Shown here one piece after another: positions 34,708 through 45,165 of a stretch of 64,000 bases of DNA (the first letter of the stretch is position 1; every line of letters starts with the position of its first letter). Both the position numbers and the translations under genes were made by a program. Location: the NCBI GenBank assembly GCA_051313645.2, contig JBNRSN020000006.1, forward strand, positions 48,794,001-48,858,000. Reading direction: 5' to 3'. The notes beneath the pieces were generated by a model. It saw nothing but the letters and a program-made list of their open reading frames with translations, had not been told where the DNA came from and ran no database searches. Source of the stretch: Centroscyllium fabricii (Eukaryota).

Positions 34708-35361
34708 AGGACAAAGCAGCCCACTTGATTGGCACCCCATTCACCACTTTAAACATTCACTCCCTCCACCACCAGCATACCGTGGCTGCAGTGTGTACCA
34801 TCTACAAGATGCACTGCAGCAACTCGCCAAGGCTTCTTCGGCAGCACCTCCTAAACCCGCAACCTCTTCCACCTAGAAGGACGGGCAGCAGGAGCATGGG
34901 AACACCACCGCCTCCAAGTTCCCCTCCAAGTCACAAATCATCCTGAGTTGGAAGTATATCGCCGATCTTTCATCGTCGCTGGGTCAAAATCCTGGAACAC
35001 TCTTCCCTAACAGCACTGTGGGAGTACCTTCACCACATGGACTGCAACAGCACACCGCCACCTTCTCAAGAGCAATTAGGGATCGGCAATAAATGTTGGC
35101 CTTGCCAGCGATGCCCACATCCCATGAATGAATTTTAAAAAGTTGTTGTTGTTGCGGTAATTGAATTGTTATATCCTGCTGAGGGATTTCAGAGTAGAAG
35201 TGGAAACCATGTCAATGGAATTGGCCATGGACCTGTAAGAATATTAATTTCTGAGTCAAGGGCACACCCATGTCTAATTTAGAGCAGTTTAGAGTCGGCT
35301 GACAAAATATACGATGAGAGGAGAAGTCGTTCGTACTACGGATCCTGGTGATAGTGAGCTA

Positions 35362-35755
35362 CATAGAAACATAGAAGATAGGAGCAGGAGTAGGCCATTC
35401 GGCCCTTCGAGTCTGCTCCGCCATTCAATGCGATCATGGCTGATCATCCAAACCCAGTACCCTGTCCCTGCCTTGTCCCCATATCCCTATCAATCCTGCA
35501 CCGACACATATCCCACCCTATCCCCGTAACCCCACATATTCAATCCCCCTAACACTAAGGGTCAATTTATCCTGGCCAATCAACCTAACCCGCACATCTT
35601 TGGACTGTGGGAGGAAACCGGAGCACCCGGAGGAAACCCACGCAGACACGGGGAGAATGTGCAAACTCCACACAGATAGTACCCGAGGCTGGATTTGAAC
35701 CCGGGTCTCCAGAGCTGTGAGGCAACAGTGCTAACCACTGTGCCACCGTGCCGCC
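35362..35755 (-). mobile_element. HE1-type V-SINE
   Basis: Reverse complement of the 869-1269 family. Confidence 0.9.
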
Positions 35756-36724
35756 TGAAAACGGTTACAAATATTTTCTGCACTGCTGAATCATTTAAAA
35801 AAACATCCTCAGTGCCAATAATTTGACATGACATTTTGCAATTTGTACACAAATGCATGAAAGAGGCACAACAGGAGTTACTCTCACCCTTAATAAGTGA
35901 GTTGGCAGATATGGAGCAGGCCATTGATGATCGTGAAACTGCACGAACAAACAAAAGCCTGAGACCATTTACCAACCGATTGAGATGATTGTGCTCATTC
36001 TATACTGTCATTCCCTTTATTTGTTTGCATCCTTTCAAATTTCACCTACAGGTAATCTTTTCACTCCTACCACTAGTGCGTTCTTTGCATCTGTTCAAAT
36101 CTGCCCCATGAGTTGTGAATAACTGTACAAATGAGGTGCCCCGTGAAAATTGAGTGCTATCAGCACATTTTCATCCCGGTGAGATTTACACCAGTTCTTA
36201 ATCATTTAGGACTGACTTACACAAAGTACATGGCTATTGCCTCCTCTGCTTCTTCCTAAAAATGAGCAACGTTTATTTAGAATAGCTGAGACTGGACAAG
36301 TTCGGACAGGGACTTTCTAGGTAAGGATTTACCACCCATTCGTACTCAACGGAAAGAAATCAAGCCCAGTGTCAAATTACTTCATAGTTAGACGGTTTTC
36401 AAGAACAAGACCAAACACAATTTCTGTTAAATTTTCCTCACCCTAAACTGCTGACTTATGCTGGGATATGTTTCCACAGGTGTTGACACCTTCCAGAACC
36501 TCTCCCAAGAGTTTAACAAAAGGGTTGCTTGACTACGAAGATGTGGAGGCAGAGGTCATCATAGCCAACCCAGTCCTCATCCAATATTCACACGCATATT
36601 TCAAAGCAGGATTTGATAGATGGCAATCTGGGGTGGGAAACCTACTAAATTTTCCCCTCCTTAGCCCAGAGCACTGAGGTTATCCACAGTACATCCTCTT
36701 CCACCTTACTTGGCTGAGATGCAC

Positions 36725-37767
36725 TAATTTCGCAGATGACACCATACTAGTTGGACTCATCTCCGACGGGGATGAATCCATGTTCCGGAGGGAGGTGGAC
36801 CGACTGGTGTCCTGGTGTAGTCAGAACTGCTTGGAACTGAATTCACTTACAACTGTTGAAATGGTAATAGACTTTAGGAAACATCCCCCCACCCTTATTC
36901 CCCCTGGAAATAAATGGTTCAACTGTTAGTATGGCTGAAACATTTAAATTCCTGGGGACCACTATCTCACATAACCTCAAGTGGGATGATAACATCACCA
37001 TTATCACAGAAAAGGCTCATCAGCGGATGTGTTTCCTGCGCCAGCTTAAGAAACTTACCCTCTCCAAACCAATACTGGTCACATTCCACACGGCCATTGG
37101 AGAGTCCATCCTCACCTCCTCCATTACTGTTTGGTTTGGGACTGCGTCTGCTCGCTCTAAGAACAAACTGCAGCGCATTGTCCGGTCTGCAGAAAGGGTT
37201 ATCGGCTGCCATTTGCCCTCCATTGAGGACCTGCACGACTCCAGGGTAAGGAAGCGTGCAGGTAAGATCATCGCTGACCCCTCTCACCCCGGTCATCACC
37301 TCTTTCAAAAGCTCCCCTCTGGTAGATGGTTCAGAGCCATCAGAACCAATACCACCCGTCATCTGAACAGTTTCTTCCCCCCGGGCCTTGGTCCTTACAA
37401 ACCATCCATCTGGTCCGGAGCAGCCTTTCCCTCCTTACCGGACCCCTCACCTCAGGAAATTGTGGATTGCCCCCCCAACCAGATTTTACATCTGATAACT
37501 TCTTTAACTACTATATTTATTCAGTACGTACTATTGTAGATATGCTAATTACTCTAAATCTTGTAAACTTGTATATTTGCAATTCCCCCCCCCCCCCCCC
37601 CCAGATTCTATTCCTGATATTATATCTGGTAATTTTGTAAAATTGTGTATTTTGTTTTTCTTTTTTGTGGATTTTATGTATTTTGTAAGTGGACAGCATT
37701 GTCGCCAGGTTAAATTCCTTGTACATTTAATGCACTCGGCAATAAAGTTGATTCAAATTCAAATTCA
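36725..37767 (+). mobile_element. Rex1/Babar LINE 3' fragment
   Basis: FADDT..GLISDGDES..RREVDRLVSWC, FKFLGTTISHNLKW, ESILTSSITVWFG, KIIADPSHPGH. Tail aataaagttg(attcaa)n. Confidence 0.85.
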
Positions 37768-39222
37768 GCACAAGTCAGAGATTGAACTATCGGACCGTCC
37801 AGGCCTGTTTGCCTCAACTACTCAGCCCTTAACTAACGGAATCATCGGGAGACAGCCCATTCTGGTTTGTATATGAATCTGATGGCAGCAAAAACGTCTG
37901 CACATTTTAGAACGCAGAAAAATCTCTTTTTTTTAATTCATTGATGGGATGTGGGCGTCGCTGGCTGGCTAGGCCTGCATTTAGTGCCCATCCCTAATTG
38001 CCCTTGAGAAGATGGTGGCGAGCCGTCTTCTTGAACCGCTGCAGTCTTATTGTTTTTCGCAGCGGTTGTTTACAACTGAGTGGCTTGCTGGGCCATTTCA
38101 GAGGGCATTAAGAGTCAACCACATTGCTGTGGGTCTGGAGTCACATGCAGGCTAGACCAAGGTAAGGACGGCAGATTTCCTTCCCTAAAGGACATTAGTG
38201 AGCCAGATGGGTTTTTGCAACAATCGACAATGTTATCACGGTCGCCATTACTAAGAATTAGCACTGAAAGGACTGAGCAGCGTTCCGAAGCCCATGGACT
38301 TACTTCCTGTATCAGCCGTTAGGTGAAAGGGTTTGCATTCCCATACCTACTTTATATCATATTTTCAGGAATTAAAATGTAACCCAGTTGTTTAGTTGAG
38401 TTATTCAACACGCAACTTCATGACCTCTCAATGAAGGTCTTTTTAACCAAAGTTGAGTATTATAATGGGAATTGTACAATACTTCACTATTATTTACAAC
38501 ATTAATATTACAAAAAATCTTGAGGAAGTTATATTTTATGAGTGGTCTTTACACACCAAAGATCAACTTCCTACCTGATTGGGTGGGAAAGGTTTGAACG
38601 CTCACATACTAACACTGACATACCAGAATTACAATGTCCATTTAGCTTGTGGCTCTTGGGGGGGGAAAATTTGGTATCGCCCCGTTTGGGGCGCGATTAT
38701 CGGCCATGCGCAAAGTTTACCGCCTGGCGCCTCTGACAGCAAACTTGGCTTTTAGCGCTCCTGGAGGGGATTGGAAAGCTAAATCAGGTGCTACACGCCT
38801 CTCTTAAGGTGCAAAGGCCGAGGAGCGAGGCGCTAACTCAGAGCAAGGATGCAGCGCAGGTGCTGTCAGTTAGCCATGGAACACAGGCACACTGGCGCTG
38901 GACAGTTCTTAAAGGGGAGGGTCGATCTTGCTCTCCAGCCACACCCTGCTCATTGGAGCCTTGAATCTCGGCCTGGAGAGACCTGTGCCTAAATCTTGCA
39001 GCCAAAGTCTATGGAGAGGGCCGGGGAGCGAGCACAGCGCTTCAGCGAGCAGGCCTTGGAGACTCTGGTTGGCACAGTGGTGCGTAGAAGATCTTCCCTG
39101 AGAGTGGCAGGAGGCCTTTGCTGCTCGATTACAGAAGAGTATGGAGGGAGGTGACACAGAGCGTCTCCTCCAGAAGCATGGTGCCCATGACCCATATACA
39201 ATGTAGAAAAATGTTCAACGAC

Positions 39223-39500
39223 TGTGGTAAACCATTGTATATATGTGTGTAATCATCTGCATTGTGTGTGACCTCTGCTGTACTGTACATAGCCCTTTCA
39301 TGTGTAGCTTGTCCGGGCATGCCCATGCTGACCCCGCCTGCGGCTCCTGCTCCTCGGACCCAGGTATAAAGGTAACTGTTTCCCTCCCCCATTCATTCTG
39401 GGATCAGTCGACTAGCATGGGCATGCTCATGTCTTAGTTAATAAAACCCTATAGTTCTCTACTCAACTTCTAGTCTTTTGAAGTTATTGATTAGGCATCA
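39223..39500 (+). mobile_element. Solo LTR of the TGTGGT..TCA family
   Basis: TG..CA ends, TSD ACGAC/AAGAC, TATA (gtataaa) and aataaaa. Confidence 0.85.
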
Positions 39501-39657
39501 AAGACCTCACTCGGGTCGTCAGGGTGAGTGTTTTTTTTTCAATACCTCTCCATCCCTCCATCTCAACCTCACTCTATGGTCAGAGGGTCTTAAAACTCCA
39601 ACACTCATCCAACACCTATGGCCCTCTCATGAAACACACACGCACATTCCACACTTT

Positions 39658-39822
39658 GCATACAGTAAGGGCTATTGATCTATGGGAGGCACATCAGGCA
39701 AGACCATGGCTGCATACAGTAAAGGCTATTCACCTATGAGAGGCACATCAAGCAAGACCATGGCTGCATACAGTAAGGGCTATTCACCTATGGTAGGCAC
39801 ATCAGGCAAGACCATGGCTGTA
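39658..39822. repeat. 54-bp tandem repeat x3 in Myb intron 1
   Basis: gcatacagtaa.ggctatt...caagaccatggct at 39658, 39712, 39766. Confidence 0.9.
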
Positions 39823-40330
39823 TAGTTAGTCAGACGCCGTCCTTTTACTTGCAGGCCAAGCTATCTCATAATAGGAGACAGCAGCAACAGACGGGTGGAG
39901 GGCGGCCTCAGCTGCAACCTCTCAGCAATCTTGAGCATGTCCACAGGATTGTGGCAAGCCGGGTGATTTGTCCAGTCACCCCTGGTGAGGCCAACCCCGT
40001 TCTGGACAGCAATGGTAAGGTCATCACCTTTTTGTCCTCTCTCCTTCCACTTGTCGCTCACAAGACCAGCCTTTGACACTTTCAATTCAACTTATTAATC
40101 GCTGTACTCATTCCTCCCTCACTGCCCCCCTGTCCTCATGCTAAAGCCGCTCTTGTGCCTCCCTGCTTTCAGATGGTGACTCACCAGCTGCGGAGATGGG
40201 CCCTCAAGATGCCAGTGGGAGTGAAGTTGCAGGTGAGGAGGAAGACGAAGCCGGAGCATCAGTGCCACCCTCTCCCGAGGAAGCCCATGCCCACACTGGG
40301 AACACGCCTTCCCTGGAGGGGAGCAGGGGG

Positions 40331-40728
40331 GAAACATAGAAACATAGAAGATAGGAGCAGGAGTAGGCCATTCGGCCCTTCGAGCCTACTCCGCCATTCA
40401 ATGAGATCATGGCTGATCATCGAATCCCAGCACCCCGCCCCTGCCCTCCCCCCATATCCCTATCAAGCCTGCACCGACACATATCCCACCCTATCCCCGT
40501 AACCCCACATATTCAACCCCCCTAACACTAAGGGTCAATTTATCCTGGCCAATCAACCTAACCCGCACATCTTTGGACTGTGGGAGGAAACCGGAGCACC
40601 CGGAGGAAACCCACGCAGACACGGGGAGAATGTGCAAACTCCACACAGATTGTACCCTAGGCTGGATTTGAACCCTCGTCTCCAGAGCTGTGAGGCAATA
40701 GTGCTAACCACTGTGCCACCGTGCCACC
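40331..40728 (-). mobile_element. HE1-type V-SINE inserted in Myb exon 3
   Basis: Same family as 869-1269. Confidence 0.9.
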
Positions 40729-41859
40729 CCCAAAAGGGTCTGATGAGGGTGAAGCTCCAGGACCCAGCGGGCTGCTGCAATGCGATCGGGGTAGGGAAGC
40801 TCGGGGGGCCTTCTCCACGGAGGGAGAGTAGGCCAGCGAGTCCTGCTGCACTGGACGTAGAGGAGGAGAGACTGATTGCTGAAATGAACATCCAGGTGGT
40901 GGACATGCACACTGAGCTCATGGGTGCAGTGGGAAGGGTGCCCGAATGCATTGAATCACTGGCAAGGAGTATGGAGCACTACGCTGTAGCACAGGCGGAT
41001 GCCATGCAAATGTTTAATGCTGCAATTCAGTCACTGGCTGCCATGACCCCATCTCTGACTGCTCTCATGCAGACTCAGATTGAGGCCACGCGAGCACTGA
41101 CTGCTGCCATCCTCGCTGGTTCAGCCACATTTCCCCGGGGCTCTTACCGCACCGCAGCAGGTCAACAATCTGTGCTTCAGCAGATTGATCTGGATGCTGA
41201 AGTGCTGCCCCGTGGGAGTGCCAGTGTGTCGGTCGAGCAGGGAGTTGCTGTCCTCTCTCAAGATGACAGCATTCCTGCTGCCACCACAGTCACTTCTCCA
41301 CTGCACTTGCCACCGCCTGTAGGACAGACTGCTGCAGAGTTGGTGCAGTCTGCAGCCGGGCCCTCCAGGCCCAGAGCTGGTCAAGGCCGTCCTTCAAGGG
41401 CATCTGCAGTCTCAGGTTCTGACAATCAGCAGCCTTCCACCAGTCTTGCTGCAGCCACTGGGGCCCCATTACAGAGGAGCAGTAGGGTGGGAAGGGGGGA
41501 AGTGCGCAAGGGAAGGAGATCACCCTCAAAGTGTAAAAAGTAAGAGGTGTGACAAAATGTTGTTCATTTTTTAAATTAAAGGCAGAGGTTCGTGGTCAAA
41601 CTTTTGTTTAGTGTTTTGGACATTATCTCCAGGGTGTGAGAACCAGTTTTGTTAATTACTGTTTTTTTTGTGTTTCTTTCTATTACAGGGTAGTTTGTCA
41701 TGAGGAAATGACACACACAGAGTTTGTAAAATAAATACGTTTTTGTATTCAAAATGTACATGTCTGGTCTTTGCAATCATTGATGTCTTGGCCAGCTTAG
41801 GGGTTGCGGGTTGGTTTCATTCAAGTTGTTCTCAATGGCAGAAGCCATTTCCCCAGCAG

Positions 41860-42997
41860 GGACTGAGAAGCGGCTTGCTATCAGCCATTGACGGACAGCC
41901 CTTCCAGTTTCTACATTGTGGGCCTCCCTCCTGCCTTGGTGCTGCTAATGCTCCTCCTCCTCCTCTTCCTCCTCCTCCTCCTCTGGTGGTGCTCCAAGGC
42001 CTGGTGGCATTGGCTGAGTCCTGAGGATTGTCAGGTTATGCAGCATGCAGCACTCAACAACGAAGTGGGAGACTCGCTCAGGCGAGTACTGCAGGGCTCC
42101 TCCAGAATGGTCCAGGCAGCAGAACCATTGCTTGAGCATGCCGATTGTGTGCTCAACGATGTTCCTGGTAGCTTGATGGCTCTCGTTGTACAGCAGCTCA
42201 GCAGGGGTGTTGGGTGTACGGAGCGGTGTCATCAGCCAGGTGCACATTGGATATCACTTGTCCCCGAGAAGTCAACCACTTGGGTGATGCGGTGCCTGGA
42301 AAGGTTCTACCACAGTAGTCTGGCACAGGATGTATGCATCGTGGCTGCATTGACAGCGAGTATCAGCTGTCTGTGGTCACAGACCAACCGCACATTTAAG
42401 GAATGGAACCCCTTCCGATTGCAGAAATCCTCTGCATTCTCATGCGGAGCACGCAAAGCCACATTCGTGCCGTCAATGGCGCCCTGCACCATGGGGAAGC
42501 CCTCTATCCTGGCAAAGCCCATAGTGCGTTCATGCTGCTTGGCCGGGGTCATGGGGGAAGAGATGTACTCTTGTCTCCTTTTACAGAGGGCATTTGCGAC
42601 CTGACGGATGCAGCAATGCACTGCGAACTGGGAGATATTAGCGATGTCCCCAGTAGCTGATTGAAATGAGCCAGTGGCATAAAAGTTGAGAGCCACTTAT
42701 CTTCAATGCTACCGACAGAGACGTCCTGCTCCTCAGTTGAGGCTGCAGATTTGGCTGCAGCAGGTGGCAGAGCTCAGTGACCACCTCCTTGCTGAAGCGC
42801 AGCCTTCGCAAACACTGCTGCTCAGACATATTAATGTAGGAGAATTGTTGGTGAAATACCCTGGGAGGGTAAGTTCTCCTGTACAGTGGCCTGTAGGCCC
42901 TCCTCCGTCTGGCCATGATTGCCACTCTCTCTCTGCGTCTCTGTGGCCTCCGAATCTGCTGACGCAGGACGACGCCCCCAATTAGCGCAGCCCCCAT
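41860..42997 (-). pseudogene. Harbinger DDE transposase (HARBI1-like family), frameshifted
   Basis: CLRRLRFSK, ALNFYATGSFQ, GFPMVQGAIDGT, NRKGFHSLNV, YNESHQATRNIVEHTIGMLK, CCMLHN, acidic tail. 3' end approximate. Confidence 0.9.
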
Positions 42998-44389
42998 AGT
43001 CTCTTGGCAATCAAAGTAATGAAGGCCCAAAACCAAAGTACCTGCAAAGTTATGGTCAGAAGCCAAAACTACTTCACACAGTGTTGACTCAATGCAGAAT
43101 TCTCCCCTTCTCTCTCTCAAACTCTCTCTCTCAGAACGTTTGGTGCAAAAATGTCTACCACACAAAAAGCCAGGAAGAGGCCCCCTTTAAATAGCGACTC
43201 CCCCCAGCCCCACAGCGACTGGGAAGCTTTCCAGTCTACCTTCCATTGGTTGCGCCAGGCGGAAAGGAGGGGGGCACTACTCAATTTCCTTTCTGGGGTG
43301 CCACAAGGGTGTTGCACGCTTGAATGACGTCAAGATCTGCGTGCACAGGAGATCGGGCGGTATTGTTTAGCGCCGCCGCAAAATGTCCGGTCAATTTCAC
43401 AAGAGGCGCAGATATCGGCGCCCGGGCGCTCGTTGCTTTGCGCCCCATTAGCGCCCTCTTAAGGCGCTAACGGGAGGCGCAAACCAACTGAATTTGTCCC
43501 CCCCAATTGAGCTTTGTCAATCAAGACAATTGAGGAAAGCTACCTTAATCTTTGTTTGAACAACTTGTTGAATTTAAATATGACAGGAGATTCCCAAATT
43601 AAGTTTTCTCACAAAAGGGTGGGGAAGAAATGAATCAACTGAGTTCTATATTTCTACACCAAAAAAACCATAAATTGCCATTTGATTTCCACTCCTCTTA
43701 AAAAGGCACCCTGCAGGTATGTATCCTGGACTGCTTCTTGTACGTTCCCCACCTCCTTCACCCCACCATTGGTGGCCATACCTTGCGCTGTCTCAGCCCT
43801 AAACTCTGGAATTCCCTCCCTAAACCTCTCCGCCTCGCCACCTCTGGTTCTCATTTAAGACACTCCTTAACTGAACTTTTGGTCACTTGTCCTAATGTCT
43901 CCTCCTTTGGCTCGCTGTCAATTTTTGTCTGATTAAGTCCCTGAGAAGCGCCTTAGCATGTTTTACTACATTAAAGGTGCCATATAAACGCAGGTTCTTG
44001 CTGTTGCCATTGTTGTACTCAGTCCATCAACACCGCCTCTTGATCAGCGAGGCAATCAGATTACAAACCTCCCAGCTTTGATCCTGGTGTGAGCCTAGTT
44101 AGCTGATCTTAGTCAGGGCGGTGGTCGGTGGGTTACAATTACCCTCAGTGCCCCAGAATAGAGAGAGGAAAATCAGCAAAAACACCCCACTCATAACCCT
44201 TGCTGGAAGCATATATATAGACATTGGTTATGGATGGAATCAAGCTCAGCTTGGCTGTGATACCCACCCCCAAGTTTGATCAGATTGCTGATGCTCCCTA
44301 TTCATATATGAATTTTTAAAAAGAGCTTGCATCTAATTGGAGAAATTATCACTTCTCATAGAAATATCCAAAAGCCCCTCAGCTATAAT

Positions 44390-44861
44390 GAATTGCTTTG
44401 AAAATACAGTCACTCTCTATGGAGACGAAGGTGGCAGCCATTTTACACACAGTAACGTCTCCCAGGCAACAGAGAGATGAATGACCAATTAATCTGCTTT
44501 TGGTGGTGTTGGTTGAGACAGGAACTTTGGCTAGAACACAGTGTGGTAAACCACTATGTATATATATCTGTATCATATCCATGGCCTGTAACATTGTATA
44601 TAGTTCTGTGTGTACTGCTTGTCTGGGCATGCCATGCTGACCCCGCCTGTGACTCCTCCTCCCAGGACAGGTATATAGGTGACTGTCTCCCTCCCCCCAT
44701 TCATTCCGGGAGCAGTCGACTAGCTGGGGCATGCCCAACCTTTAGCGAATAAAAGCCTTTTATTCACCTCGTAACTTCTCATCTCCGAGGTTATTGATAC
44801 GGTATCACACAGGACGAACTCCCTGCTCCTCTTCAAATAGCAGCACAGTATCTTTTATCCC
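44390..44861 (-). mobile_element. DeuSINE fragment hosting a solo LTR and Gypsy G2
   Basis: gcagccattttacacacag...ctgcttttggtggtgttggttgag...aactccctgctcctcttcaaatag. Confidence 0.6.
44542..44807 (+). mobile_element. Solo LTR (close relative of 39223-39500)
   Basis: TG..CA ends, TSD CACAG (44537-41, 44808-12). Confidence 0.9.
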
Positions 44862-45165
44862 TGTGGTAACCCATAATGTTATGTATACCACTGCATTCTT
44901 GTTACCAATAATTGGCTGTGTATATGTGATACACAGCCCTGTAATACTGTCGGGAGCCAGGTCAGCCACACCTCTAACTCCTCCCCCAGGTGAGGCCTTT
45001 ATAGGTGGAGACTGACTGAGGCTCCCTCATTCCTGCTTAGATGTTCGTTCGGAGGGTAGCTCCTAAGTAAGTGATTAAAAGCCTATAGTTATGGTAACTA
45101 CTCGTTGAGTCTTTTAATCTGAAGATATTGACGATATGTCAATTTTAATCACTTAAAGTTTTAAA

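Larger units (their letters stand above)
33145..35140 (+). mobile_element. Second-family CR1-group LINE 3' fragment, split by a CR1 (33439-34107) and a solo LTR (34489-34707)
   Basis: Colinear with 20040-21155. gaagcagtcc joins atgcccgcatgcaac across the insert. Confidence 0.8.
39011..41543 (+). pseudogene. Harbinger Myb/SANT gene (exons ~39011-39523, 39855-40014, 40173-41543), interrupted by a solo LTR and a SINE
   Basis: RFSEQALETLV...QCRKMFND|LTR, AKLSHNRRQQQQTGGG, long C-terminal exon. Same intron phases as the gene at 2341-4229. Confidence 0.75.
38658..43504. mobile_element. Full-length (decayed) PIF/Harbinger transposon with convergent Myb/SANT (+) and transposase (-) genes
   Basis: Termini GGGGG..AAAATTTGGT / ACTGAATTTGTCCCCC, both genes present. 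Confidence 0.88.

Noticed and set aside
35820-35990. Short helical frame (ILQFVHKCMKEAQQELLSPLISELADMEQAID) as a possible exon or L1 ORF1 relic
   Set aside because: Too short, bounded by stops, with no convincing splice sites or diagnostic motif.
41860-42997. Host HARBI1 gene, with the Myb ORFs as NAIF1/MSANTD genes
   Set aside because: Frameshifted, enclosed by TIRs and paired with a Myb gene, so these are transposon copies rather than domesticated genes.
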